Of a stretch of DNA of 64,000 bases, positions 46,900-60,624 are shown in pieces. The stretch is from Babesia bigemina. Its lineage: Eukaryota. The translations under genes and the position numbers were made by a program. The notes under the pieces were generated by a model. That model searched no databases, had not been told where the DNA came from, and saw only the letters and a list, made by a program, of their open reading frames with translations. Position 1 is the stretch's first letter, and every line of letters starts with the position of its first letter. The stretch lies in the NCBI RefSeq assembly GCF_000981445.1, contig NC_027217.1:1178001-1242000 (forward strand). Reading direction: 5' to 3'.

Positions 46900-49800
46900 A
46901 TGTTAATTATACAAAAGCGACCTCAGAGCCCCTATTGTGCTCGGGATCCGCGCTGTCTGTACCTACTCAAACATCAAGTCAGAAATGCAACGTCATCTAA
47001 TGGTTAGTTGTAGATTCAATTTTCGTCTAAATGCATTTTAAGAAGGAACAAATGAATCGGACGAGAGTATTTTTCGCGTATATGGTAATGAAGCACGGGA
47101 CACAACAATTGACGGTGGTGACGACCTAGGAACATTGGAGTGGTGTTTAAGGGTTTGTGGCAGCATAAGCGAAGAATCTGATATACCACCTCTGACACTT
47201 TTAGGTATAATACTATCTTTGTTGCAAAGCGCCAACGATGACATAATTGCCGCTACTCTTGCGGAGAAATTAGGATTCTCACACCTCCATTTTATATCCA
47301 GAGTGATTCATTTCCGTAAGAATTTGCTTCAGCAATGGACATTGCAGCTGCAATTTGTGGCACAAGGCCTCATTCGCAACAAGACAAGCACACATATGCG
47401 CACACAACTCCAATCTCTACTATTGAAACTGACCGGCAATGGTATGCAGCATAACCTCAGCAACATTGATGATATGCTAAGTAAAATACCGCCTGAGGAG
47501 TTGTTAACGGTGTTATTCACGGGTTCAGATACCTTCAAGCTCACCGATACTGCACCTTTTATTCCTAAAAAAGTGGCATTGGATATTGACCGCGACGATA
47601 ACGAGATATTTGAGAGAATAGTGTTACCTCCAATCCAAAATCCAATTGTCGCCGTTAGTTTAAGCTGTCTCCTTGATATACAAATTAGAATGACGAAGAT
47701 CTAATCGCAGTAGATGCCCTGCCATTATGGGCACGAGGAGCGTTTAAGGGCATTGCAAAATTTAATACGATTCAATCCATGGTCTTCCATACCGCATTCA
47801 ACACATCTCATAATATGTTGCTATCTGCGCCTACTGGTATGTTCATAGCAGTGCCACTCCAACGTATTCTAGGTTGCGGGAAAACGAATGTCGCTATGCT
47901 CTGCACCCTACAGAACTTTGGCCTCTTTTTCACGGAAGGTCATAAGAAAGGAAAGGTTGTATACATAGCTCCCATGAAAGCACTTGCCGCGGAGATCACA
48001 TCTAAATTTTCGTTGGCTCTGGAGCCGTTGGGCCTAGCTGTACGTGAGGTTACTGGTGACACGGAAGCTTCGTTGGGTTCCCTTGTCTCCACCGACGTAA
48101 TCGTAACCACGCCGGAGAAGTTCGACGTAATAACAAGAAATTCGAATTCCACCGGAACTCAATCGGATAACTCCTTTCTTACGAAAGTTAGTTGTGTCAT
48201 AATTGACGAAGTTCATTTGTTAAACGATGCACGTGGCTCCGTATTGGAGATAGTTGTGGCGCGAATATTCAGGTATGTTTCTCGTATATTATAAAAATCG
48301 GATCTAGACTCATTGAATCAACCCAAGTGACAAGGAGAATAGTTGCAATTTCTGCCACATTACCCAATTGGCACGATGTGGCGGAATTTCTACGGGTGCA
48401 GCCTGAAAATGCCTATTATTTTGGAAGGGAATACAGGCACGTTCCACTAGAACAGATATTTTATGGGTAGGTAATACATAGTCAGAGATACAACGATTTA
48501 GGGTCAAAGATCGCGATCCATCAAGCGTTATGCTGGATATATGTTTCGAACATATGATACAGGTGGTAGAGAAGGGAAAACAATGCTTAGTTTTTGTTCA
48601 CTCTAGAAAAGAGACCGTTACTACAGCTTCCAAGCTAATAGAGAAAATACAGGCTTCTCTGAGGGCTCAAACTATGTTTAAACCCAAAAAGGATGTGTAC
48701 AGGCATTTTAATTCGCCACTGCGCAAGTGCAAATATGAGAGCATAAGTAAATTCGCTGAATATTGTATATCTATTCATCATGCTGGAATGGTGAGGAGGG
48801 ATCGTGATCTTGTGGAGACGATGTTCAAGGATGGCCTGATAAAGGTGTTGGTTTGTACTTCCACTCTTGCTTGGGGTGTTAACCTTCCAGCAAATTGCGT
48901 AATTATAAAAGGCACATTTATAGGTGGAATTGGTGTAGATCGTCACCTTAATTACTTAGAACTAACCCAAATAATGGGTAGAGCTGGAAGGCCGCAATTT
49001 GATACATCCGGCACGGGTGTCCTTATCACAGAGCAGAAAAACATAAGCAATTATGTAAAGATGCAGACTGAGCAATTGCCAATAGAATCGAGGTTACACC
49101 GTCACTTGGAAAATGCATTGAACGCAGAAATTGTATTGGGAACAGTACTCAGCGATTCCGACGCAGTTACATGGTTACGATACACGTTCCTGTACGTAAG
49201 AATGCGCAAAAATGCACTAATATACGGACTAAAGAGCAACAAAGAGGAAGACGTACTACTACACATGCAAAGAATGGTGCGTGAAGCCGCCGGAAATCTG
49301 GACAAGTCAAAATTGATTCGTTATCACGAAAGCAGTGGCGACTTTGCATCTACCGACTTGGGGAGAATCGCATGCAGGTATTACGTTGATTTCGAAACGA
49401 TATACAATTTCGCCATCTCTTTGAATCCAGCACTCCATGCATCATCAATATCTCATGAGGACAAATCCGTGCATAAGGTGGGCGTATCTCATACACGAAA
49501 ACAGACTTATATAAATGAAGAGTACATATTAGAACGTTTGTGTGAATGCAAGGAGTTTGAAACACTAATATACCGTAACGATGAGTTGGAAGAATTAAAG
49601 GAGCTCATGGATGCTAGTATATATAAACCAAGAAGGGGTCTGAACCATATCACCACCAAAGTGAGTCTTCTTATTGAAGCTCATATAAGTCGAAAAACAT
49701 TAAGGACGTCGAGCCTATTGAGTGACATGAACTACGTTATACAAAATACCGGGAGACTATTGCTTGCATATTTTGAAGTGTCTATCTCTGAGATTGTATC

Positions 49801-52800
49801 CGGGCCACCAATAGGCGACGTTATATATAAGTGGTTCCTTATGTTTGAAAGGCAGATCTGGGATATAAAATGCAAACAGAACAGCGTTGTTTATCATTTC
49901 TGCGACCCTTATCATGCATTGTATGACAAAACGAAGATACAATCTAGCAGGTTGCCTACGTTGTCTACACTAACAGCTTCAAGACTTGTTAAGTACGATC
50001 TAGATACCCTTATTAATTTAACGCATGCTGAGTTAGCCGACTCAGTTAAGTCCAAACATGAGGCGTCGACAGCCCAATCGTATATCCGATTCATTCCGTA
50101 CCCTCAAGTGAACTCTTCATGCCAACCGATTACCCCACGAATTGCTAAGGTGAAAGTTACCTTAGCATTAAAAAATTGTTGGAGCGCACGATGGAATGGC
50201 TTAAGTGAATCGTTTCACGTATGGATATGTTCTGAGGTTCGCATAATCAACAAGGCTAGCATAACTCTTACTGCGGATAACCAAAGGGATAGCGTTGAGA
50301 TGTTCATCCCACTTAAAGAAGAGGACAATTATATGACAATAAAAGTATTCTCATGCCGTTGGCTTGGAATTGTAGTTGAGAATCCTTTTCTAACACGTAG
50401 ACTTCAGGTAGCCGATGATGGATACACAAAACTATTGGACCTCTTACCTCTCCCAACTACCGTGCTGAAAAATAATCACTTTGGTTATCAGTATAAGTAT
50501 TTAAATCCGTTACAAACGCAGATTTTCCCTCATTGCTACTTTAGTGATGACAATTTGCTAGTTGGGGCACCAACTGGTTCGGGTAAAACAGCGATTGCCG
50601 AGATGTCAATGTTTCGTTTATGGAGAAGCCAGCCTCAGCAGAAAGTTGTTTACATAGCGCCTCTCAAGGCGTTAGCATACGAGAGACTAAAGGACTGGAC
50701 CATCAAATTTGGGAAGTTCAAACGTGTAGTGGAAGTTACTGGTGATTCGCACGCAACCGCTAGTGAGATTGCGAGCAGCCAAATCATCATAACAACTCCC
50801 GAGAAATGGGATGGTATTTCACGCCATTGGAAAAACCGTAAATACGTTCGTTCGGTAGGCCTGTTGGTTATCGATGAAATCCACTTGCTCGGAGAGAGCA
50901 GAGGTGCGGTGTTGGAAGCTATAGTAACCAGGTTATCATTTATTTCAAACTTCAGTGCAACTACTACCCGGCTAGTCTGCCTTTCCACCGCTCTAGCAAA
51001 TACAAAAGAAATAGCGGATTGGTTAGGAGTTAAACCTACTAAGGCATTTAATTTTTCGCCGGCAGTGAGACCTGTCGCATGCAAACTTTACATTAATGGA
51101 TTTAACATAAAAGCATATTGCCCAAGGATGAATTCGATGAATAAACCCGCATTTTCTACGATTCTTAGGCATGACTTGGATGCACCAGTGTTGGTTTTTG
51201 TATCTTCAAGGAGGCAAACTAGGACTACGGCTCAGGATTTTTTAGGCCTTATTCAAATAAAATCAGTTAAATGGAGCCGTGGAAACACATTATACGAACC
51301 ATTTTGTGACGAACATTTAAATATGTTCGTAGAACACGGCATAGGCATTCATCACGCTGGTTTGCAGGACAGCGACCGCACGCGAATTGAAGACATGTTC
51401 ACCAGGGGACAGATAAAGGTTCTGATCGCTACGTCAACCTTGGCATGGGGGGTTAATCTACCGGCCAAGATTGTTATCATCAAGGGCACCGAATATTATG
51501 ACGGCAAAACAAAAAAATATGCGGATTATTCGGTAACCGACATAATGCAAGTAAGTGCTTAGACGAAGCATATAACTGTGCCAGATGGTAGGACGTGCTG
51601 GGAGGAAAATACACGACAAAGAAGCGTACGCGTATATATACACAGAGTCTCGTAAGGTAGACTTTTACAAAGCTTTCATGTTTTCACCGTTTCCCGCCGA
51701 GTCCTCCTTCCATGAGCGTATAGTCGACAGCCTCAATTCCGAAATCGCATCAGGGACAGTAGCTAGTAGTGAACAAGCATTAGAATACATCAGAAATACA
51801 TTTTTTTACAGGCGCTTGCAAAAAAATTCGACATATTATTTGCATATGGAATTTCTGTCAGGTTGTAACGAGGAATCCAGCACCGATGATATGGCCCAAC
51901 GCGTAATTTGTCTGTGCCTTGAACATCTATTAGATATTGGCTGCATATCAATAAATTACAACCAAAGTCAAGCTTTGGGTAAGGATAATGTGCTAATCCC
52001 CTCGGTAATGGGTATGCTTTCATCTCAATACTACATTTGTACTCAAACAGTGGCAACATTTACAGTTTATCTGCAACAAAATGCCGCAGGTATCGGCATA
52101 TTCAAAATGTTACGCGCTTTGGCAAATGCTAAAGAATTCGATGAAGTGCCCTTGAGGCACAACGAAGACTTATACAACATGACTCTTTCTTCAACTGCCG
52201 TTATGCCTATTGCCAGCGCAGACGCATCTAATCCGCACGCTAAGACATTCCTCCTCCTGCAGATGCGTTTATTTGGTCTGAAAGCCCCGATATTCGACTA
52301 CAACAATGATTTGAAGTCGGTCTTGGACCAGCTGCCTCGTATATGTCAGGTACCTCCGTTTTTCACATGTATGACAATTTGAAGGCCTTGATTGATATTA
52401 TTGCCTGTTGGCGTGACTTCCGGTTAATGCAATATACCTTGCTTATTTACAAGCATATTCTTTCCGGAGCCAACTTCCTGGAGCAGCCATTATCGTTCGA
52501 TGGTGCCGCCGACATAATTGTGAAAATGGTAGATGTAACGTCAGGAAGAACACTGCATGGTACAGTACTATGCAATTTAGGTGCGTTACCACCATATATT
52601 CTAATTTTTACACAGAGAACTGGTATCAATATGACGTAAGCAATGCGCATGAGCTCAACGTCATTATAAGCATACGCAAGCTACCATCCAATAACGACGT
52701 AAACTACTTAACGTTTGGCGATGAGCGTTCCAACGTACTGTTCGGTTTCAAAAAGCTTACATCTGCTGGCACCCATAATTTCAGGTATGAAGCCTTCCTA

Positions 52801-52927
52801 CGGCGTCACAGTGCGCAGACTGAAACTCGGTTGTTTGCAAGGCCATCTCATTACAAAGGTGATCCTCACTTCATGCGGCACCCTACGCTTCGACCAACAA
52901 CACACCCTGATACTTTCAACAAGCTAA
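46900..52927 (+). CDS. ASCC3: Ski2-like dual-cassette DExH helicase, ASCC3/Slh1 type (Sec63 domains), multi-exon
   Basis: Two helicase cassettes (APTGCGKT..DEVH..STLAWGVNLPA..QIMGRAGRPQFD; APTGSGKT..DEIH..GRAGR). YCPRMNSMNKPAF fits ASCC3 better than Brr2. Confidence 0.88.
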
Positions 52928-52946
52928 TCTGATAACTTTCCGATAT

Positions 52947-55631
52947 TTACTCAAAAATATTGCCGCGGATTTTATTGCGTATATCGAATACAAGGGTTTT
53001 AATTTTGCGATATCGGTATGCCCAGAAAAACTGCGTTATCAGCAAACAGACAAACAAAGTATATATGTTGAAGACGAGATCACACAGGACGCTTATAATC
53101 CTATATATGGGTTTAAATACAGAACTCAGAGATGCGTCGACCCATAAATACATTTTATCCATAATACCATATCTCCACCTTGCGTCTGTATTCTTAGTGA
53201 AATGTGGCATCCATAACACACGATTCGTGTATGAAGATGCTGGATTTAAGCACTGGCACCCAAATCTTCGACAACAGTTAATCAGCTTGGTACGCTTCAT
53301 AATTGCCATGAAAAGACTGATACGCGTCACTGGCACAACCCACCTACAGACCCCTTTTGTTTGATGCGGGATAACTCGATCTATAGGGCATATATTATCC
53401 TGTATAATACTATGTACGGAGTTGCCTTCCTTCAACAGTAAAGTGCACATAGAGAATATGGCCGACAGATCGCTTTCAACACATCCCTGAACCATGATAG
53501 ACCCTTTTGATAATCTCTTGGAGTATACTATTTGAAAACTTTTCATGCCCCACGATCGAAGCAAAGATTCCTGTTCCTTTTGAAAGTATTTACCCCATCT
53601 GCCGATATTGTGTAGTGGACACAATATGTCTTGCAACTTCTTTGTTAAATGATGCAATTGATCTACATGAGTGTCCAGCACCCTTTTAACGTGATGAGTC
53701 CTCTCGTTAAGATCGTTTGAAAGGATTTCGAGAGCTTTAACCCGTTCTGATATTTGCAACAATACATGCTTGTGCGTCGGAGACTTTTTAAGTGTATTTG
53801 ATTGGCTGTCAATCACGCCGCTTTGTTCATTTTGAATGCTATTCCAAGCAAAAGCATCGCTGCTTTCAAATAAGTGAAGAGTAGAATCATCTGATGCTAC
53901 ATCGTGCTTTGTAATTGCCGGAACGATTTTCGAAAGCACATTGCCACCATATGCGGAGTAGGCAATTAACGTCAGTAACCTTAAATTCTTTGTCACCCGC
54001 ATCACAATGTTGCCTGTGTAGAACACATATGATTTAAAAATCGAATCATTTAGGTAATACACACTACATGCATGTTTGATGGCATGAGTATGTAGAGTCA
54101 ACTTGCAAATCCCACTTGACACTGTAGCCGATGCAATGGATTCATCGGAGAGGATGAAGTGCGTTCCCCTCACTAAACCATTTCGTTTGGACACATGCGA
54201 AACAACTTTTGAAGTTATTGGCACCATTCCCTTTAACGCCTGATTAGGATAAAACACATACAGCCGTTTCAAGGGTATACCTCGTCTTCGTGTGGGTACA
54301 AAACCTACGATTGTCTCTGTAGACGTTAGAGTTGCAAATGAAGTGTACGAGAAGTTAGAATAGCAGTAATACATGCCTAAAAACGTATTATGGCGGACAC
54401 ACAGAAGTAATGGCGAGTGAATCCTCGAATTGAATGCCCTACGTAACTGCTGCTTGATTATACCCTTCCTAATGGCCGTGTATACAACAGCCTCAAACCA
54501 TGTATGATTCAAAGGCAAACACACTTTGTACATCATGTTCCATCCGATTGAACACCATATAGAACGATAACCACGACATTGCACACTGCCATCCAGTACC
54601 GTCATCACATTGTGCATACGACATCGATTAGTTCGCATAAATCGGGACATCCGTCGGTACAAAAGTTTATTTCGGCCACAACCACAATTCTTAGCTGCTA
54701 GACGCATCATAAACACATACAAAGACTCCCCGATGGTTATACGAGCGATTACCCTGGATTTGGACATGGGGATCGGTTTCTTATAAGTCCTCTTGTCGAG
54801 GAATATACGCTGGTTCTTTGTCAGTGCCGCATCAGGAGTAGTGTTCTGAAATTCACTCATGCCAATATAAGGCAACTGGCGTCTCATTTCACTTGGGGCA
54901 TTGAACTCATCCGGATTTTGCCCCCTTTTGTCATGAACACCACTACCGTTTGTGATTTCACTCTCCAACACATCTACTGCCGTGCTACCGTAAACTTTCA
55001 TGCTAGTCAATGAACAGTAGTAGTTGTATTCGAACCGATGGTAATCAAGCAACTCGACTTTCATGTACTTTGCCCAGCAACCGACATGATCCCCCTTATC
55101 GCAGAGAGGTGAGATATCGAATACCTCACTTTGCCCCCTCTCCGTCTCAATTTCAGCCAAAACATGCCATTTATCGCTTGGATAAACCAGCGACGTAGAA
55201 ATGCGGATAATTTTATAGGTCGATGCATAATATTCATACGAAATGAAGGCCACATGTTTTATTGATATACTTTCTGGAAAGGACAGTATAAACCAATCCG
55301 TGTTCTGACAAGGGGCCAGAAGATACGAATTCCTGTCGCTATTTTGAATACTTTTAAGATGTGTTAGTGTCTTCGATTGCGAAATAATCTTAGCGCCAGC
55401 GTCTTCTGATAAGAAATCCACCTTCAGCTTAAAGAACTGGAAATCAAATGGTTTACCCTTGAGCTTCTTCGTGAATGTGTATTTCAAAGACGGATCAAGA
55501 TCCCTAACAACTGGAATCCCACCTTTGGGCTTATGAGAGATACGTCGCAAACAACAGTAGAGCGTGAAAAAGATTAGAACGCATTGCAAGACATACTTTC
55601 TTTTGTATGCCAATGAAAACAGCATAGACAT
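52947..55631 (-). CDS. Mid-SUN (Sad1/UNC-84-like, Slp1/SUCO type) membrane protein
   Basis: DFLSEDAGAKII..SYLLAPC..WFILSF..YEYYAS..WAKYMKVELL..YYCSLTSMKVYGST; coiled coil; TM segments near both termini. Confidence 0.88.
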   Translation of the reverse strand: MSMLFSLAYKRKYVLQCVLIFFTLYCCLRRISHKPKGGIPVVRDLDPSLKYTFTKKLKGKPFDFQFFKLKVDFLSEDAGAKIISQSKTLTHLKSIQNSDRNSYLLAPCQNTDWFILSFPESISIKHVAFISYEYYASTYKIIRISTSLVYPSDKWHVLAEIETERGQSEVFDISPLCDKGDHVGCWAKYMKVELLDYHRFEYNYYCSLTSMKVYGSTAVDVLESEITNGSGVHDKRGQNPDEFNAPSEMRRQLPYIGMSEFQNTTPDAALTKNQRIFLDKRTYKKPIPMSKSRVIARITIGESLYVFMMRLAAKNCGCGRNKLLYRRMSRFMRTNRCRMHNVMTVLDGSVQCRGYRSIWCSIGWNMMYKVCLPLNHTWFEAVVYTAIRKGIIKQQLRRAFNSRIHSPLLLCVRHNTFLGMYYCYSNFSYTSFATLTSTETIVGFVPTRRRGIPLKRLYVFYPNQALKGMVPITSKVVSHVSKRNGLVRGTHFILSDESIASATVSSGICKLTLHTHAIKHACSVYYLNDSIFKSYVFYTGNIVMRVTKNLRLLTLIAYSAYGGNVLSKIVPAITKHDVASDDSTLHLFESSDAFAWNSIQNEQSGVIDSQSNTLKKSPTHKHVLLQISERVKALEILSNDLNERTHHVKRVLDTHVDQLHHLTKKLQDILCPLHNIGRWGKYFQKEQESLLRSWGMKSFQIVYSKRLSKGSIMVQGCVESDLSAIFSMCTLLLKEGNSVHSIIQDNICPIDRVIPHQTKGVCRWVVPVTRISLFMAIMKRTKLINCCRRFGCQCLNPASSYTNRVLWMPHFTKNTDARWRYGIMDKMYLWVDASLSSVFKPIYRIISVLCDLVFNIYTLFVCLLITQFFWAYRYRKIKTLVFDIRNKIRGNIFE

Positions 55632-55858
55632 GGTTACAACTTACACTAAAAGGAAAACGTCCTCATGGCGCGTTTACACATAAGTTCCACACATCGGCAC
55701 ACGACACTGCGTGACATTCTGAAGGCATTGCAGGCAACTATGATGAGTACAAAAATCTATTGGTTTCGCTGCAGCTGTGGGACAATAAAAGCTTAATATA
55801 AGCCGGCTATACCCACGCCCTTAGTAGTTACAGTTTGCCGCTGGTGGCTACCACCGCC

Positions 55859-56266
55859 ATGATATCGCTCACAGGAATCCTTTTTCGTTGCAACAGTAGG
55901 AGGCTGCAAGTACGACTGAGTAGCTGTGTTCACAGCGGATATATATACATGACTCGTGTATCTCCATATAAGTCCCGGCATCGCATCGTCCTACACAAGT
56001 ACGACCCTCGTGTCAACAAACATGTGTTAGTATCGAAAATACGTCTTTTAATATTAATCAGATTGTTTTATCAAACTGCTGCTGCAAGGACCGGGTATAA
56101 CACGTCACCCCCGTCAAGACATTCCGTAAGGTATGCAAGGTTGATAGGGAAGGCCAAAAACATGAAAACGCTAATTGGAGAAATTCAAAAAGCATATGAG
56201 CATGGCCGGTTCAATGCATTTGACAGTTATTACAATACGAGGGGAACTTCCAGAGGTATTGCTTAA
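55859..56266 (+). CDS. rpl33: Mitochondrial-type ribosomal protein L33
   Basis: VRLSSCVHSGYIYMTR..LHKYDPRVNKHVLF, with a 36-nt in-frame GT..AG intron at ~56026-56061. Confidence 0.85.
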   Translation: MISLTGILFRCNSRRLQVRLSSCVHSGYIYMTRVSPYKSRHRIVLHKYDPRVNKHVLVSKIRLLILIRLFYQTAAARTGYNTSPPSRHSVRYARLIGKAKNMKTLIGEIQKAYEHGRFNAFDSYYNTRGTSRGIA

Positions 56267-56399
56267 AGCCGAGGAAGATGAGTGCGAGGGCGCAGGTACT
56301 GCATACCCATCAGCTCACTGTAGCAGGGCATCTGAAAACACTGTCCTAATATTCACGCGCATCACACGGCCTTTCATGCGGTACATACGCTGCGTTTGG

Positions 56400-58031
56400 T
56401 TAGTAATGACGATGCAATCCAGATTCCATCAACGGGGTGTGTAATTCCTCGAAAGGTGTACCACCGACAAAAGGTGACGCGATTCCTACTCCCCTTTCTG
56501 TGCTTGGCATACACAAAAAACGACACAGACACTGCCTTCCGCCTTTGTTTGCCACGTCGGTGTTGAAGTTGATTTGACTGTTGAATGTTTCCACCCTAAG
56601 CGGAGCACACGTAACACTCCGTCCGACCTTGTTAGTGTCCATAGCGCACACTGTAGATGAAAACAGTAGCATCTGATTATCCCAAATGTCTTTGGCTAAC
56701 TTGCTACTATAGTCTGCAGCAACCGTACGGATTTGGTTGTGAGCCTCTTCAAGTAATCCGAAGAGCGTTTTGTGAAGATTGACATAACACAGGTAAACCC
56801 AGGTTGTGAAATTTAACACCATTAATGTGAATATACACCAAAATCCTTCATACTGAATAGCAGCATACCAATAAAAGTTGGCCACAATGTCTGGATGGGC
56901 CAAAGGCACCCTGTGATGCATGCGGAGTCGCCTGTCGTAAACGAATACGGAAGTGCCTATGGAAATGAGAAGGTTGATAATAATGGGGATATAAACCCTA
57001 GTCAACAATATTCTGTACCTCATGAGAGATGTCTTACGCCATATATTACCAGTTTCATTGTTGCCAAAATTCGAAGCTGCCTCGTCAAACGCTTTGACCA
57101 ACCTTCTCTCCGTTTGTGTGCACACATGCGTTTGGTTACGACTGATGCTCTTGGTATAATCCGAAAAATGTTCCACTGCTCGTTGTTTGCAGTCATACAG
57201 GAAATCATGCTTGGCCATTTCGACAGACACCTCACAAAGCCTCCAAAGATACATTCGAATTCGCGCCTGTGTCACATAAAACCCAATAATTTGAATCAAA
57301 AGGTACAAAAACACCCCTATAAGGAAAAAGTTTTCAAATTCGCTCAATTGGTTTACGATAGATCGTGCATCTGAAATGATATAACTTCCTCGCAGTTTTA
57401 TATCATCAGAATCTACGTTTCGATCATGTGTTGGTATGAATCCACCATAAAGCCTGAACTGACAACAAACGTGAAATAATGCTGGTGCTAGCAATGCAAC
57501 CAACATACAAGACATCCAGACGACCGTGTAGAATGCTGATATGCATCTGCCATATCCCATCACTTTCACAGTGCCAGAATCATTTGAAACTTGGGGATTT
57601 CTATTCCTTGTGCCGGGTTTGTAATCGCTGAAACAAAATTCCAAAGATTTCTTATTTGTGAAACCAAGGTCGAAGGTGCCATTTGTAGGAACCTTGATAT
57701 CGATGGCATTTCCTGGGAAGTTCAGTTGAGCGTTTGGATCGGATTGACCTTTTACATGGTCTGTATCATCCAATCCGGAATAAAGGCCTGGTAGACGCTG
57801 TGATATACTTGTGCCTCCCACCGCACAAAGTTGACCTATAACCGGTTTCACATCTGCACGATTGACATTTATCGTCGCACCATCTATCGAATCTCCGCAA
57901 GAAATAGCACAGATCGAATCCATGGCACGACGCGAACCCTCGGAATGCGTATTACGACAAACCTGTGATGTATTGATCTCTACCATTGCCTTGTTGCCAT
58001 CGTCTGACAACGACTTACTAGTTATGTCCAT
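56400..58031 (-). CDS. Hypothetical multi-pass membrane protein (~4 TM)
   Basis: 547-aa ORF with four hydrophobic stretches; first ATG at 58031. Confidence 0.75.
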   Translation of the reverse strand: MDITSKSLSDDGNKAMVEINTSQVCRNTHSEGSRRAMDSICAISCGDSIDGATINVNRADVKPVIGQLCAVGGTSISQRLPGLYSGLDDTDHVKGQSDPNAQLNFPGNAIDIKVPTNGTFDLGFTNKKSLEFCFSDYKPGTRNRNPQVSNDSGTVKVMGYGRCISAFYTVVWMSCMLVALLAPALFHVCCQFRLYGGFIPTHDRNVDSDDIKLRGSYIISDARSIVNQLSEFENFFLIGVFLYLLIQIIGFYVTQARIRMYLWRLCEVSVEMAKHDFLYDCKQRAVEHFSDYTKSISRNQTHVCTQTERRLVKAFDEAASNFGNNETGNIWRKTSLMRYRILLTRVYIPIIINLLISIGTSVFVYDRRLRMHHRVPLAHPDIVANFYWYAAIQYEGFWCIFTLMVLNFTTWVYLCYVNLHKTLFGLLEEAHNQIRTVAADYSSKLAKDIWDNQMLLFSSTVCAMDTNKVGRSVTCAPLRVETFNSQINFNTDVANKGGRQCLCRFLCMPSTERGVGIASPFVGGTPFEELHTPLMESGLHRHY

Positions 58032-60624
58032 TGCAATTGACACACAGCGAAATCATGCCACACTTCAAGTGTTGCACTTGAGCTTACGATCTAGTATAAC
58101 CGTTGTCCAGGACCTGTTCCGCTACAATTCAAGATAAGCGAGCCCATTTCCTGTTCACATACGCAAACTATATTTGTATAACAAAGATCTCGAATATTTT
58201 AATAACATCATTCATCCACGATGCTATGATTTGTAGATGAAATGATGTGGCACACGTAAGGCTTGTAATATGCTCGTTCTTTCAAATCCTTTGTTCGTAC
58301 AAAGCGCCGACACGTTTTAGCAAGGCTCACATAAAACAGTAGCATATGCACATCCACAATGTGTATGCTCTGTGTTTCATTGCGCAGCGATGAACAGACA
58401 ACATAACTTTCGTCTATTAAGCAATATTGGTAAGCAGGCGTACCCCGAATTTATTGACACAGCAGACATCGTTATATTATAATTACAAAGTTAGGTGTGG
58501 ATAAATGACTCACGGTTCTGGGCAATCGAGGGGGGGAATGTAGAGCACATACCCCCATCCTTCGCATCACGTCTATAGGCATCATTTTAAAGCATAGGAT
58601 GAAATAAAAAAACTAGGACACCGTTTACATAGAGTTGTATTTGTAACTACGTATGTAATTGATGAGCAATTCATATTTGTGAGTTCCCAATGATTGAAAG
58701 TCGCTGCGGTGAATCTAAAGACGTGAATTTGATCGGGTTGAAAGATGACACAATTGCCACAATGAGCGAACATGTATAATATGATAAACATAGAAGCCGA
58801 ACGTCATGATTTAGATATAAGAGTGAGATATTAGGAATAACAGAGCTTTCTCTAGGTTTGAACGCAAGGTAGCAACACTTTAAACCAGATGTGTTTCATC
58901 CTCTGTTGGTAGTAACATATCACATATCGTTTCCATGATATGAAGGTTCAAATTGCCTTCTCCGGATTGTATTATTTTGGCCACGAAAAACCTTCTTTTA
59001 CAAACCCTTGAACGCAATTCGTGATAGGAGTGTACAGGAAGGTTAATTATAAGAAAAGCATCAAATAGACGTTATTGCGGTTGCATGCAGATGCCAAACA
59101 TTTTGGGAAAAATCCTTTTGAAGTTTGAGAAACCTCTGGGATTTGTCGCTCTGCAACGGTTTCCGATGTTGGCATTGATCATGGGAACACGCATGATACA
59201 TGTGAACAGATTTATCAACTGCATAAACATTCATGGTTGGTTATGTTGTCGCGATATATAATTTAACTGAAAAAGTCAGATGCATCTCTTTGATACACAA
59301 ATCGAAATAAGTTCAATTTCTTCATTATAAATTGTATTGACCTTTTATAACTGCAAATACAGTGGCTTGTGATTTCATGAAGCCTGCACAACGAGAAATG
59401 CTCTACATTTTTGTTTGTATGCGTGAGATTGTTATCCCTATGATTTAGCGTTGAACCTAAAAAAAAATCACCAAACAAAAAAATATTGCCCCTCTTGTAT
59501 AAACTTAATTATGCGTCATAAAGCCAGCACCTAATGACGATCGAACCGTTTTAGTTGGGATTTACAGGCGAATTAAACACATATGATACGCCTAAATTAG
59601 ATTAACTTTCGATTATACACTGCAGCTAATTTGATATAAACTCCATTTGCACCCTCGTGGAAATATGGAGTAGTTTGAATGCATTACAATGCAAAATATG
59701 TATTGTTTTCTGTAAATACCCCTTAGTAAAGAATGACCGTTGTGCGCTCTAGTATGCAGGTGAACAAGCATACCTTTCTAAAGCATTAGGGGGATATTTA
59801 ATGCCACGCACGATATTTATTCATGACCAAATCTGGGTACCATGGCATATCATACGAAAAGATGCAAGTAGAGATTATTATTTACGGCGCTTCAAATATC
59901 ATCAATCACAACTGGACGCCACGTCCATCACTTAATCAGCAAACTGCAAAACGGTTGAAAGAAGGCCCAAAGTAATACATCAAGTTACTATGCATAGTTA
60001 TGAATGCTAAAAGGTACCCAGGCGAGAATGCTTAGGTGGATACAGTAAAAATGCGTTTTCAACTACTCTAATGAATGACACGTGTCATAGAAGACTTAGA
60101 CAAACTCATGTCGAAATATGCGGCTGCATTGTTATTTTAGTTCTACAAATATCAACAATGGCCATGTACAGGTGAATCAAGCATCAAATCTCCACTCAAT
60201 TATGATTGTACAACTCTTTAGTAGATGGTGCTTAGCGCACATCATAATTTCATAACTAATGAAGAATTTAGAATTCAATTGCAACTGGGTATAGTGCCTT
60301 TTATCATACACCATTATATTGGATGACTGGCTCTAATACAAAATAACGTGCCACAACCACATTAGTTTGAGGTCTAAGCGCGAGGCAGACAAAACACGCA
60401 GCTTCAATTACACGAGATACATCCCAGATCAAAAACGATCGGTCACGTGATTGCCATCACGCGTTGGCTACTGTGACTCTTACTCAGTTGTACTCAGGTA
60501 CAGATAATCGGCTTTGCAGGAGGAAAACATAAATGAGTACAAGCTATGATCTTATGATTGCAAGTATAGCCGTAAGCAGTAGTGAAGAAAAATTGCCGTC
60601 TATGCAGTTTAACAGAGATTAGAC

